Below are positions 44,732-54,877 of a DNA stretch of 64,000 nt, piece after piece. Origin of the DNA: Dehalococcoidia bacterium (lineage in GTDB: Bacteria; Chloroflexota; Dehalococcoidia; UBA2979); NCBI GenBank assembly GCA_965219085.1, contig OZ244720.1, forward strand, positions 2,272,001-2,336,000. The letters run 5' to 3'. Both the position numbers and the translations under genes were made by a program. The number at the start of each line of letters is the position of its first letter. The stretch's first letter is position 1. The notes beneath the pieces are model-generated. The model did not search any database. It was given only the letters and a program-made list of their open reading frames with translations, and was not told the DNA's origin.

Positions 44732-46054
44732 CTACCCGCTCCCGACGATCGCTTCGAGGTCTTCCGGGGCCTTCGGAATCGCACCGGACAGCACGCGGTA
44801 GCCGTCGCGCGTGACCAGCACGTCGTCCTCGATGCGCACGCCGATGCCGCGCAGCCGCCGAGGCACGCCACGGATGCCGGGCGCGAAGTAGAGGCCCGGT
44901 TCCACCGTCAGCACCATGCCCGGCCGCAGCTCGACCGACTCCTCGCCCTCGCGGTAGCGGCCGACGTCGTGCACGTCCATGCCGAGCCAGTGCGAGGTGC
45001 CGTGCATGAAGAACGGCCCGAACGCGCGCTGCTCGATGAGCCCCGCGATGTCGCCGGACAGCACGCCGAGGTCGACGAGGCCCTCGGTGAGTACCTCGGC
45101 GGCCTTGTTATGCACGTCGTGGAAGCGCACGCCTGGCTTGATGAGCGCGGTCGCCTGCTCCTGTGCCTCCAGCACCAGTTCGTACACGTCGCGGGCGGCG
45201 GCGCGGAAGCGGCCGTCGACGGGGTAGGTGCGCGTAACGTCGGCGCCGTAGAAGTCGACCTCGGCGCCGGTGTCGACGAGCAGCAGCTCGTTGCGCGCCA
45301 TCTCGGCGCGGTTGGCGGTGTAGTGCAGCGTGCAGGCGTTCGCGCCGGCCGCGACGATCGAGGGGAAGCCGTCGCGCGGCGAGCCGAGCCGGCGGTACTC
45401 GGCCTCGAGGATCGCTTGCACCTCGTACTCATGCATGCCGGGCCGCGTCGCGCGCATCGCGGCCTCGATGCCGGCGCCGGTGATGTCGATCGCGCGCTGC
45501 AGGGCGGCGATCTCATCGCGCGACTTGATGACGCGCTGCGCCGCCACGAGCGGCGCGGGATCCATGATCGCCTCGATCGGGCGTGCGCCGCCCTGCGCGG
45601 CGGCGCGGCGCTGCGCCACGATCCGCGAGCACAGCCGCTCGACGCGCTCGTCGCTGCCGAGCGAGTAGTAGACGGTCCCCGCGCCCGCGAGCAGCTGCGG
45701 CAGCCGCCGTTCGAGCTCCTCGATCGGGTAGGCGGCGTCCGCGCCGAGCTCCTCGACGGCGCCGTCGACGCCGAGGCGGGCGCCCACCCAGACGGCCATC
45801 GCCGGGTCGTAGGGGCGCACGAAGAGCACGAACGGCTCGTCGTGGCCGGGCCTGAGCACGGCGACCGCGTCGGGCTCGTCGAAGCCGGTGAGGTAGTAGA
45901 ACGTCGAGGGCTGTCTGAACGGGTGCTCGACATCGCCGTTGCGCAGCGCGTCGTGCCCGGCCGCGAAGATCGCGGCGCTGCCCGGGCGGAGGCGTCGCAC
46001 CAGCCGCGACCGGCGTCGCGCGAAGGTCTCGGAGGGGAAGGCGTCGGAGGTCAT
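44732..46054 (-). CDS. pepP: Xaa-Pro aminopeptidase P
   Basis: FRQPSTFYYLTGF, YGADVTRTYP, HGTSHWLGMDVHD, TVEPGLY, GVRIEDD. Confidence 0.95.
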   Translation of the reverse strand: MTSDAFPSETFARRRSRLVRRLRPGSAAIFAAGHDALRNGDVEHPFRQPSTFYYLTGFDEPDAVAVLRPGHDEPFVLFVRPYDPAMAVWVGARLGVDGAVEELGADAAYPIEELERRLPQLLAGAGTVYYSLGSDERVERLCSRIVAQRRAAAQGGARPIEAIMDPAPLVAAQRVIKSRDEIAALQRAIDITGAGIEAAMRATRPGMHEYEVQAILEAEYRRLGSPRDGFPSIVAAGANACTLHYTANRAEMARNELLLVDTGAEVDFYGADVTRTYPVDGRFRAAARDVYELVLEAQEQATALIKPGVRFHDVHNKAAEVLTEGLVDLGVLSGDIAGLIEQRAFGPFFMHGTSHWLGMDVHDVGRYREGEESVELRPGMVLTVEPGLYFAPGIRGVPRRLRGIGVRIEDDVLVTRDGYRVLSGAIPKAPEDLEAIVGSG

Positions 46055-47418
46055 CGCTCGCTGAGGCGCCCGCTGGCGGCGTACAGCATGACGAGGCCGA
46101 TGACGCCCGCCAGGACGGAGGCCACGAAGATCCCGACCTTTGCCTGTGTCAGCAGCAGCTCCGCCTCGAACGACAGCTCGGTCACGAACAGCGCCACGGT
46201 GAAGCCAATGCCGGCGATGAGGCCGACGGCGAACACGCCGAGCCAGGTCACGCCGGCGGGCAACTCGGCGCCGAGGCGCACCGCGATCCACGTCGCGAGC
46301 GTCACGCCGATCGGCTTCCCGACCAGCAGGCCGAGGCCGACCCCGAGCGCCAGCGAGGACGACGCTGCCTCCTCGAGCGCGCCGCCGCGCAGGTCAACGC
46401 CCGCGTTGGTGAAGGCGAAGAGCGGCACCACGAGGAACGCGGACCACGGCAGCAGGCGGTGCTCGATGCGGTCGAGGGGGGAGATCGCCCGCTCGCTGAG
46501 GTCGGTGAGCGTCAGCAACGCGCCCACCCGGTCCTGGCGTCTGCGCTCCTCGTCCTCCTCGCGTTCGGTGTCGCGGATGCGCCGCACCAGCGCCTCGATG
46601 AGGTCGGGCAGGGCGGCGCTGCGATACCACGGCTGCAGCGGCGTCATGATGCCGAGTGCGACGCCGAGGATCGTCGGATGGATGCCCGAATCGTGTGTCG
46701 TGATCCAGGCGAAGAGGCCGACCACGACATACAGCGGCAACAGCGTGATGCCGTTGACGTTCATCAGGAACATGAGCGCGAGCAGCCCGACCGTGAGCCC
46801 CAGCGCCGTGAGGTCGATGGTCTCCGTGTAGAAGACGGCGATCACGGCGATCGCCCCGATGTCGTCGACGATCGCGAGCGCGAGCAGCAGCACCTTGAGG
46901 CCCGCGGGCACCCTCGAGCCGACGATGGTGATGACGCCGACGGCGATGGCGATGTCGGTGGCCATCGGGATGGCCCAGCCGTCACGGGCGATGGGGTCCT
47001 GGACGATGGCGAAGAAGATGATGACCGGGACGACCATTCCGCCGGCCGCCGCCGCGATCGGCGCCCACACCTTGCGCCCGCCCGCCAACTCCCCGGCGAC
47101 GACCTCGCGCTTGATCTCGAGGCCGACGACGAAGAAGAAGATCACCATCAGGCCGTCGTTGACCCAGTGCTTCAGCCCGGTGTCGAGGTGGAAGAAGCCG
47201 AGGTCAATGGCGATGTGGTAGTCGATGAAGTCGCCGTAGAGGTCTGACAGCGGCGTGTTCGCCGCGATCATCGCGAAGATCACGGCGATGACGATGGCGA
47301 TGCCGCTGCTCGCCTCGGTCTGACCGAACTCCTGGAACGGTCGCACCAGCCGGTGGATACGCTCGCGACGCGCGGCGCGGGCGGCGTTCAGCATCGTTTC
47401 GTCGATCGGTGTGGTCAT
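46051..47418 (-). CDS. nhaA: Na+/H+ antiporter NhaA
   Basis: WVNDGLM, GLEIKRE, WAIPMATDIA, LAIVDDIGA, GKPIG, AGIGFT. Confidence 0.95.
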   Translation of the reverse strand: MTTPIDETMLNAARAARRERIHRLVRPFQEFGQTEASSGIAIVIAVIFAMIAANTPLSDLYGDFIDYHIAIDLGFFHLDTGLKHWVNDGLMVIFFFVVGLEIKREVVAGELAGGRKVWAPIAAAAGGMVVPVIIFFAIVQDPIARDGWAIPMATDIAIAVGVITIVGSRVPAGLKVLLLALAIVDDIGAIAVIAVFYTETIDLTALGLTVGLLALMFLMNVNGITLLPLYVVVGLFAWITTHDSGIHPTILGVALGIMTPLQPWYRSAALPDLIEALVRRIRDTEREEDEERRRQDRVGALLTLTDLSERAISPLDRIEHRLLPWSAFLVVPLFAFTNAGVDLRGGALEEAASSSLALGVGLGLLVGKPIGVTLATWIAVRLGAELPAGVTWLGVFAVGLIAGIGFTVALFVTELSFEAELLLTQAKVGIFVASVLAGVIGLVMLYAASGRLSER

Positions 47419-47496
47419 GGCGCCCGCCTCACGCCGGTGGGACCGGCCGCGCGGGCGTGCTCGCCACCGCGGGGCCGACGGTCGAGGCGCGCAATG

Positions 47497-47709
47497 CTAG
47501 CCGCGCGGTGCGCCCGGCAGGCGGTAGACCCGCTTGCTGCCGTCGCTCCCGACGATGACGCGGCCCTCGCGCTTCAGCACGCGCAGCGCCGAGGCGAGGT
47601 GCGCGCCGCTCAGGTCCGGGATCTGCTTGGCGAGCTGCGGCTTGGTCTTCTGCTCGCCGTCAGCCAGCGCCTCCATGATCTGCTCCTGGAGCTCCGCGAC
47701 GACCGCCAT
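47497..47709 (-). CDS. Small winged-helix protein
   Basis: LQEQIMEAL..LAKQI..LASALRVLKREGRV..VYRL. Confidence 0.6.
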   Translation of the reverse strand: MAVVAELQEQIMEALADGEQKTKPQLAKQIPDLSGAHLASALRVLKREGRVIVGSDGSKRVYRLPGAPRG

Positions 47710-47814
47710 GCCATGTCTCCCGTGTACGCCGTGCTTGTTTCGCGGCTCACAGTCTGCCGGAGCCGCGCCGGGCGATCCACTGCCTCAGCGCCACCCCGCG
47801 GCTCTCGTGCAGCG

Positions 47815-47889
47815 TGGTGCCCCCGGGAGGATTCGAACCTCCGCACAGGGATTAGGAATCCCTTGCTCTATCCCCTGAGCTACGGGGGC
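47815..47889 (-). tRNA. tRNA-Arg(CCT)
   Basis: GCCCCCG acceptor, anticodon arm AGGGA-TTCCTAA-TCCCT, TTCGAAT, CCA, A20. Confidence 0.95.
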
Positions 47890-47971
47890 GCGGTGCGCTG
47901 CGATCGACTCACGGCGGACGTGGCGGCCTCGAGCGGGTGGCCGGCACGCCCGTCTGCAGGGCAACCGGGGT

Positions 47972-48370
47972 TCAGCCCGTCGCGCTGCCGCTCTCGGCCT
48001 GCGACACCGGGACGAAGCGCATCGACAGCGAGTTGACGCAGTGGCGCGTGTTCTTCGCCGTGAGCCGCTCGCCCATGAAGACGTGGCCGAGGTGGCCGCC
48101 GCAGCTCACGCACTCGATCTCGATGCGGGAGCCGTCCGGGTCGGGCAGCTGCCGCACGGCGCCGGGCACCTCGTCGTCGAAGGCGGGCCAGCCACAGTGC
48201 GCGTTGAACTTGTCCTCGGAGCGGTAGAGCGCGGCGTTGCAGCGGCGACAGATGTACGTGCCGGACTCGTAGAAGTCGTCGTACTCCCCGCTGAAGGGCG
48301 GCTCCGTGCCCTTGCTCTCGATGACGTATCGCTCCATCGGGTTGAGCTCGTTGTGCTTCGTCGTCGTCAT
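47972..48370 (-). CDS. msrB: Methionine-R-sulfoxide reductase
   Basis: KGTEPPF, CRRC, CGWPAF, CGGHLGHVF, RHCVNS. Confidence 0.95.
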   Translation of the reverse strand: MTTTKHNELNPMERYVIESKGTEPPFSGEYDDFYESGTYICRRCNAALYRSEDKFNAHCGWPAFDDEVPGAVRQLPDPDGSRIEIECVSCGGHLGHVFMGERLTAKNTRHCVNSLSMRFVPVSQAESGSATG

Positions 48371-48457
48371 GCCCTCGGTCCCTCCATGGATCTCTGGATC
48401 CAGTGTACGGCTGCGCGGTCTCCGCGGCGCACATCGAGGACTCCTGCGGGCCGATCG

Positions 48458-49651
48458 TCAGCGCGGCTGCAGCTCGATGCCGCCGGGCGAGTCGGGGTCG
48501 ACGACGAGCGCGGCGTCGCCGCGCAGCCAGCTCACGATCGCGTGGCCGACGAGGTCGCCGCGCCAGCCGCTCAGCAGCGGCAGGTCGGGCGGCGCGTCGC
48601 GGTCGCCCTCGAGCCACCAGCGCACGACCGCCTCGATGTCGCTGCGCGGCCCGACGAAGCGCGGCGCGACGTTCGCGGAGAGCGCGCGCGCCCGCACGAG
48701 CCCGTGGAGGGCCGCCGCCCAGACCTCGCCCTGGGGCGGCAGCGGCTTGCGCGCCTGGTCACGCTCCGGCGGGTCGTCGCGGCCATCGCGGATGGCGCGG
48801 ATCAGCGCGGCGCCGTGGCGGCGCACCAGCCCCGCTTCGACACCGCGCACCGAGCGCAGGCCATCCTCGGAGCCGGGCGCGGCGCGCGCCAGTTCGATCA
48901 GCGAGCGGTCGTTGAGCACGCGCGAGGGCGGCCGGTTGGCGCGCAGCGCCTCGCGCTCACGCCAGGCGGCGAGTTGCCGCAGGGCGCCGAGGGGTCGCGA
49001 GCGCAGCCCGGACCAGCCCTTGACGCGCCGGTACGCCTCCTCGGGCGGTGGCCGGTTCCATGCCGTCTCGGCGAGGCGGTCGCACTCCTCGAACACCGGC
49101 TGCAGCCGGCCGTCGGCGGTGAGCGCGGCGCGCTGCCGCTCCCAGATCGTGCCGAGGTAGCGCACGTCGTCGAGCGCGTATGTAAGCTGCTCGTCGGTGA
49201 GCGGGCGCCGCAGCCATTCGGTGTACTGCGAGCCCTTCTCGAGGTGCACGCCGATGGTGCTCTCGACGAGCGGCGCGTACCCGATCTGGTCGCCGTAGCC
49301 GAGGAACGCCGCGGCGATCTGCGTGTCGCGGAGGCTGCGCGCACGCACCGAGAAGCGGTGCGCGAGGATCGCGAGGTCGCCCTGCGCCGCGTGCGTGACC
49401 GTCTCGATCTCTTCGACGCCCACGAGCGTGAGCACGGGCGAGGGGTCGACCGCGAGCGGGTCGATGGCCGCGACCTCGAGGGCGTCGGTCCCGCCGCCGC
49501 CGTCCCACCCGACCTGCACAAGGCCGAGTTCCGGCACGTAGCGGTTCTCCGGCACGAATTCGAGGTCGAGCGTGAAGGCGCCGGCGGCGCGGATCGCCTC
49601 GGCGACCGCGGCGACGCCGTCCTCGGTGGTGACGAGCGCGCCGTCAGGCAG
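48458..49651 (-). CDS. rnd: Ribonuclease D with HRDC domain (start uncertain, CTG proposed)
   Basis: LDLEF..LGLVQ, HAAQGDL, DTQIAA, WLRRPLTDEQLTYALDDV, AWREREA..PPSRV. Confidence 0.9.
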   Translation of the reverse strand: MPDGALVTTEDGVAAVAEAIRAAGAFTLDLEFVPENRYVPELGLVQVGWDGGGGTDALEVAAIDPLAVDPSPVLTLVGVEEIETVTHAAQGDLAILAHRFSVRARSLRDTQIAAAFLGYGDQIGYAPLVESTIGVHLEKGSQYTEWLRRPLTDEQLTYALDDVRYLGTIWERQRAALTADGRLQPVFEECDRLAETAWNRPPPEEAYRRVKGWSGLRSRPLGALRQLAAWREREALRANRPPSRVLNDRSLIELARAAPGSEDGLRSVRGVEAGLVRRHGAALIRAIRDGRDDPPERDQARKPLPPQGEVWAAALHGLVRARALSANVAPRFVGPRSDIEAVVRWWLEGDRDAPPDLPLLSGWRGDLVGHAIVSWLRGDAALVVDPDSPGGIELQPR

Positions 49652-49674
49652 GCCGGATGCGTGTGTGGAGTGGG

Positions 49675-49750
49675 TGGTGGAGGCGAGGGGACTCGAACCC
49701 CTGACCTCGGCATTGCGAACGCCGCGCTCTCCCAACTGAGCTACGCCCCC
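49675..49750 (-). tRNA. tRNA-Ala(CGC)
   Basis: Cloverleaf with G3:U70, loop TTCGCAA, CCA. Confidence 0.96.
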
Positions 49751-49897
49751 ACGACCAGCAGTACGCCGAGACGCCCAGGTGGCGTCGCGGTGTACGCCAA
49801 TCGAGTATGGAACGCGCGACCCGGAGCGGCAACGCGGCGGGCTCGAACGCGGCGCGCCTTCGGGCGTACGCTGGGTAGTGCAGCCGAGAGCCTGAGC

Positions 49898-50164
49898 ATG
49901 GTTACCGTCAATGTCCGCGACGCCAGCACTCACCTGTCACACGTGATCGCGCGAGCCGAAGCGGGCGAAGAGATCGTCATTACCCGCAATGGCGCCCCGG
50001 TCGTGCGCCTGACACCCGTTTCGCCGCGCGGACAGCGCGGACCCCGCGAGCCAGGTTCGTGGAAGGGCCGCATCTTCATCGATGACAGCTTCTTCGACCC
50101 GTTGCCGGACGAGGAGCTGGCGGCGTGGGACGGGCGTGCCGCAGGTGACGCACCGTCGCGCTGA
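49898..50164 (+). CDS. Phd/YefM-family antitoxin (orphan)
   Basis: VNVRDASTHLSHVIARAEAGEEIVITRNGAPVVRL..FFDPLPDEELAAW; no intact toxin follows. Confidence 0.88.
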   Translation: MVTVNVRDASTHLSHVIARAEAGEEIVITRNGAPVVRLTPVSPRGQRGPREPGSWKGRIFIDDSFFDPLPDEELAAWDGRAAGDAPSR

Positions 50165-50198
50165 CGAACTGCGCTTGCTCGCGGCCGCGAGCCCCGGC

Positions 50199-50816
50199 TC
50201 ACTCCTCCGAGTCGCCGTCGAGGAGCCCCGGCAGCAGTTCCACCACCATGCGCCCGCCCTCGGGATCGACCTCGACGACCACGTCGGCGATCGCGGGCAG
50301 CAGCAGGTCGCGCTCGCCGCGTCGGCGCACGATGTAGACGTCGTTCGCGCCGGTGCGCAGCACCTCCGCGAGCGCGCCGATGCGGTCCCCGCCGGTGTTC
50401 ACCACTTCGAGGCCGATGAGGTCGTGGACGTAGAACTCGCCCTCGGCGAGCTTGGGGAGCTCCGCTTCCTCGATCTCGATCAGCGTGCCCCGTAGCGCAT
50501 TGGCGGCGTGCGGATCCTCGTACCCCTCGAACATGACGCACGGGTAGCCCTTCGGGTAGCGGACATCGAGGACCGTGCGCGGCTCACCGCGGACCAGCAG
50601 GATCGCGCCCGGCTGGATGCGAGTGGGGTTCTGGGTGAGTGGTGTGACCTTGACGTGGCCGCGCAGGCCCCACGGCGAGTTGATGAGGCCGACGGCGACG
50701 CGGCCATGCCGCGGGGCGCGCTCCAGCGGGACGCGCCGCCGGGGAGGCGTGCGCGTGCGAGGTTTTGGCGGGCGCGCCGGCCTGGCGCGTCTGCGGCGGG
50801 CTGCCTGCCCGGCCAT
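50199..50816 (-). CDS. rimM: 16S rRNA processing protein RimM
   Basis: VGLINSPWGLRGHVKV, EFYVHDLIGL, TGANDVY; start may be further downstream. Confidence 0.92.
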   Translation of the reverse strand: MAGQAARRRRARPARPPKPRTRTPPRRRVPLERAPRHGRVAVGLINSPWGLRGHVKVTPLTQNPTRIQPGAILLVRGEPRTVLDVRYPKGYPCVMFEGYEDPHAANALRGTLIEIEEAELPKLAEGEFYVHDLIGLEVVNTGGDRIGALAEVLRTGANDVYIVRRRGERDLLLPAIADVVVEVDPEGGRMVVELLPGLLDGDSEE

Positions 50817-50822
50817 GGCGGG

Positions 50823-51050
50823 CTACTCGATGTTGAGGGAGGCGCGCACGCCCGCGCGGGTGCTGGCGACGTAGAGCAGCGAGCGCATGGCGTTGGCGAC
50901 GCGCCCGTCGCGGCCGATGATGCGGCCCTTGTCGTCGTCGGCGCACTGCACGTGGATCACGATGTGATCGCCGCGGTCCTCCTCCTCGACGACGACTTCC
51001 TCGGGCTGCGAGGCGATCGCGCGCACGAGGTACTCGATCAGTGAGACCAC
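50823..51050 (-). CDS. khpA: KH-domain RNA-binding protein
   Basis: DKGRIIGRDGRVANAMR; lies between rpsP and rimM. Confidence 0.9.
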   Translation of the reverse strand: MVSLIEYLVRAIASQPEEVVVEEEDRGDHIVIHVQCADDDKGRIIGRDGRVANAMRSLLYVASTRAGVRASLNIE

Positions 51051-51053
51051 GGG

Positions 51054-51371
51054 TTAGTCCTCGCTCTCGGCGGCCGCGGCCGCCTCGCGCTCGGCGCGGC
51101 TGGGGTGCGTGAAGCGTTGCACCGGGGGTTCCTCGATCAGCCCCTGCTTGTGCAGCAGCCGATGGACCGTCTCGCTGGGCTTCGCGCCCTGCTCGAGCCA
51201 GTGGCGGACGCGCTCTTCCTTGAGCACGAGCTCCTTCTCGGCCGAGCGCGGGTTGTAGTGCCCGATGATCTCGACGAAGTCGCCGTCGCGCGGAGCGCGC
51301 TGGTCGGCGACGACGACGCGGTAGTAGGGGGCCTTCGATCGGCCGGTGCGGCGAAGCCGGATGCGGAGCAC
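51054..51371 (-). CDS. rpsP: 30S ribosomal protein S16
   Basis: LRIRLRRTG, YYRVVVADQRAPRDG, GHYNP, GAKPSETV. Confidence 0.97.
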   Translation of the reverse strand: MLRIRLRRTGRSKAPYYRVVVADQRAPRDGDFVEIIGHYNPRSAEKELVLKEERVRHWLEQGAKPSETVHRLLHKQGLIEEPPVQRFTHPSRAEREAAAAAESED

Positions 51372-51508
51372 GGAACCTCCAGGTGACGCTCGGCTGACGG
51401 CCCGCCGGGCGGGCAGGACGCCTGCGACAGGCTACCGCGCGCGCCTGCTAACGTCAGCAACGACGCCGCGCGACACTCGGGCGGGCGCGCGTCCCGTGGT
51501 CGGCGGCG

Positions 51509-54500
51509 TCAGAAGCGGAGCGCGGCCTGCCGCGCCGCTCCCGGCGGCTGACGCTCGTCGTCAGACGGGCTGGGCAGTTCGTCGGCGGTGAAGAGCGCCG
51601 AGCCGCAGACTTCGTCGAGCAGCACCGCGCCCCCGGCTGGAGCCGCACCGTCTCCTCCAACACCCAGAGCAGTTCGAGCAGTTCGCCGGCGAACTCCCAG
51701 CGATCAGGGCGGATCTCGTCAAGGTCCGAAGACTTCCGGCCCGAGCGATCGCGCTTGCGCCGGTCCAGCCACGACTTGACGACGTGCAGACCGGAGACGG
51801 AGTAGTCATAGACCTCCGGGCTGACGGGCGCGAACTCGCCGTCGCCGACGCGCAGCACGCGCTCGGCCTCGTCGTAGGAGTGGCCCTCCGGCAGCGGCGT
51901 CGGAGGCACCTCCTTCGTGTTGCGGGCCTCGCCGTGCGGGACGCCCGGCGGGCGACCGGGGCCGATGAAGCGCTCGCCGTAGGTGTGGAGGTGCAACAAG
52001 CGCTCGCCGAGGTCGGCGACGCGCGCGAACAGCGCGCCGTCCTTTGTGATCGGAAGCCGCGGCGGCGGCTGCTCCAGCTCGTCCCAGAAGCGCTCGACAT
52101 ACGAGGGTTGGGCGAGGATGCCGTAGGCGTATACGAACAGGCGCTCCGCCGTGGGGGGCCGCCCGTGCGCCTCGCCGATGCGCTCAAGGAGGCTCCCGGT
52201 GACGTTGGGCTCTGTCGCGTCCGCGTCGCGGTACAGGGGAATGACGTCCTTCGCTCCGCGGCCGCAAAAGTGGTCGAGGTCCGGGATGGCAGCCGATGCG
52301 GTCGCCGCCGGACCTGTGCCGAGGACTTTGGTCAGTAAGCTAGTGACATAAACCTGTCGTTCGCTATGGGCGCGATGCAAGGCTGGGCGACAGAAGTCGC
52401 CCAGCCTTGCATCGCGCAAGATGTGCTGACGGTCCAAGGACCTGTAGGCGTACGGTGCTAGACCGGGCGGCGGTGAATCGCGACGAAGTGACGCGATGGA
52501 CGGTTCAGTACGGTCGCCCACGAGTGGTGGGTACTCGCGGCGAATCGTACGGTCCCGTGTCTCGCGGAATAGATCCGCTCGCCCATCCGTGGAGTGTTCG
52601 AGCAGTGCCCGCCACCGGTCTGTAAGCGCCTGTGGCGTCTCGGCTATCGGCCACGTTCGTTTGAACTGCATGCCCGAGTGCTGCCACGGGAAGACATCGA
52701 TGATCGCGGGCCAGTCGAAGTAGCCGCCGGGTTCGGCTGGCATGAACGGCGCATCCCACCCTTCCGCGCAGTCGCGCCAGTCGAGGTCGTCGAGCGATTC
52801 GGCGGCGTCGAGCGCGCCGAGCTTCTGCTGCTCGCTGCCGGTGAGCCGCACCCTGTGGATCTTCGCGGGCTCTGCAGGTTCGGGCTTGCCGTTGCGGACG
52901 CCGATGGCGATGGCGACGGGCGTTCGGATGGCGAAGACGTTCTCCGTCTTGCGCGCCCCGAGGCTGTCGCCCTCGAGATCGATGATCCACAACTCGTCGA
53001 ATACCTCGCGCATCTTACGGCGCATCCCGGCGAAGGCCGGGCCGCGCAGGTACGACGAGGCAGTGATGAACGTGACGATACCGGCGTCGTTCGTCGAATC
53101 GAGCACCTTCCAGAGCGCCCAGCGCCAGAAGTAGACGTAGTCGTTGTAGAGGTTCTTGAGGTGGACGCCGCCGCCAGCCTCGCGCACGGGGGCCAGGAAG
53201 TCCTCAAGCAGTGGGTCGGCGTCCTCGTCCTCGTCGCCGTAGCGTACCCATCCGCCTTTGCGGCGATCGGGGTCATCGTCCGGGCCGCGCTGCTCGCGGT
53301 CATACGGCGGATTGCCGAGGCAGACGAAGATGCGTGTCTCCCGCTTCACATCCCTCGCACGCTCGCGCTCGTCAGTGAGGGCCTTGTAGAGCACGCCTTC
53401 CGCCAGCCGCGACTGGACGTTCGGGGACTCCAGTGTGTCGGCGAGGTAGACGAGCGGGTTACGGTCGGTCACGCCCAGTTCGCGCAGCCGCTGGGTGAGG
53501 CGCAACTGTGCGACCGCGTAGGGCCCGACGAGGATCTCGAAGGCGTGCAGCCGCCCCGCCAGGTCGCGCAGCCGCCCCGGCACGCCGCCCTCGCCAAGCC
53601 GGTCGCGCGCCGCCTCCGCCGCGCGCTGGAGCACCGCGAGGGGGTACGTGCCCGTGCCGCAGGCCGGGTCGAGCACCTCGACGCCGTCGTCGGCGAACCC
53701 CATCGGCTTGTTGAAGCGGGTGCGCAGCAGCTCCTCCGCGAAGCGCACCTGCGCGCGCACGACCTCGACGGGCGTGAAGTAAACTCCTCGGTTCTTGCGC
53801 AGCTCCGCGTCGTACGCGCCAAGAAAGTGTTCGTAGAAATACAACCACGGGTCGCGGTCGATCTCCTCCGAGGGGTTGAATGCGCCTTGCCATCCGCGCC
53901 CGGCGAGCAAGGCGCGGGCCTCGACGACGCCGACGGCCCGCTCCAGCAGGTCGATCGGCATCGACAGCTCTTCGCGGGCCTCGCGGTTCTCCAGCAGGTC
54001 CAGGGCGGTCGCCAGCAGGTCGTGCTGCCGCTCCCGTAGCCGGTCCGAGGCGAGCGCCTGGCGGAGGTTCTCCGCGCCCTCGAAGCGCGCCAGCAGCAGC
54101 GCGTACGTCACCGTCTGAGCATAGGCGTCCGCGAATTGTGCCGCGTTCGCGTCCGCGAAGAGCACGCCGCGCCACTCGCCGGCGATCTGGCTGACCGCGC
54201 TGCCCTCGCGGTCGAGCGCCTCGTGCACCTCGTCGCGGAGCAGGCGGGCGAGCGGGGCGAGGAACTCGGCGAGCCCGCGCGCCGTTCGTGGCGTAATCGG
54301 CTCGTGCATCAGGAAGTCGCGCAGCAACCGTTCGAGCTTCGTCAGCGCCGCCGCGTTGAGGCCCATCGCGCCCTCAGCGCTCACGTCGTCGGCGATGCGC
54401 ACACGCTCGCCGACGGGCTCGCCGCTGCGGAACAGGCTCCACTCGGAGCCGTCGGTGTAGATCAGGTTGGGCAGCGCCTGGAATCGCACCCACTGCCGGT

Positions 54501-54801
54501 GATCGCGTCCGCGCAAGCGCTCCGGCCTCGCGCCGCGTCCCGGCGGCTTGAGTTCGACGTGGCCGCAAAGCAGGCCGTCGGCGGTGACGCCGAGGTCGGG
54601 CCGCCCGATGTGGCCCTCGGCGCGAGCCTCCGTGCGCGAGGCGACCTCGATGGCCCACGCGTCGCCGCAAGCGCGCAGTAACTCGCCGACGGGCGCCTTG
54701 AGCTGGTCCTCGGGTTGCGCCGTGACGGGCAGCGCGAAGTTCGCCGCTACGGCTGCAGCGAAGTCCCGGACGGCGTCCTCGAACGGCTGGCCGACTGTCA
54801 T
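51509..54801 (-). CDS. Fused restriction-modification enzyme (PD-(D/E)XK nuclease, N6-adenine MTase, type ISP-like specificity domain); apparent 1-nt frameshift near 3' end
   Basis: RPD..VELK; GVYFTP, LDPACGTGT, GNPPY; YAYRSLDR, SWLDRR. Natural-looking tail LLDEV..LFTADELP..ERQPP..LRF* lies in another frame after the C5 run at 51630-51634. Confidence 0.85.
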
Positions 54802-54877
54802 GCGGGCAGTCTAGCGCGGCGGCTGGCCGCTTGACGCTCCGGCCGCCGCGCGTTGGCGAACCCGCCCGAGGCGCGGT

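Noticed and set aside
51430-51450. ffh-tail copy downstream of the R-M gene
   Set aside because: Only a short, gapped GC-rich match, and it overlaps the likely rpsP promoter.
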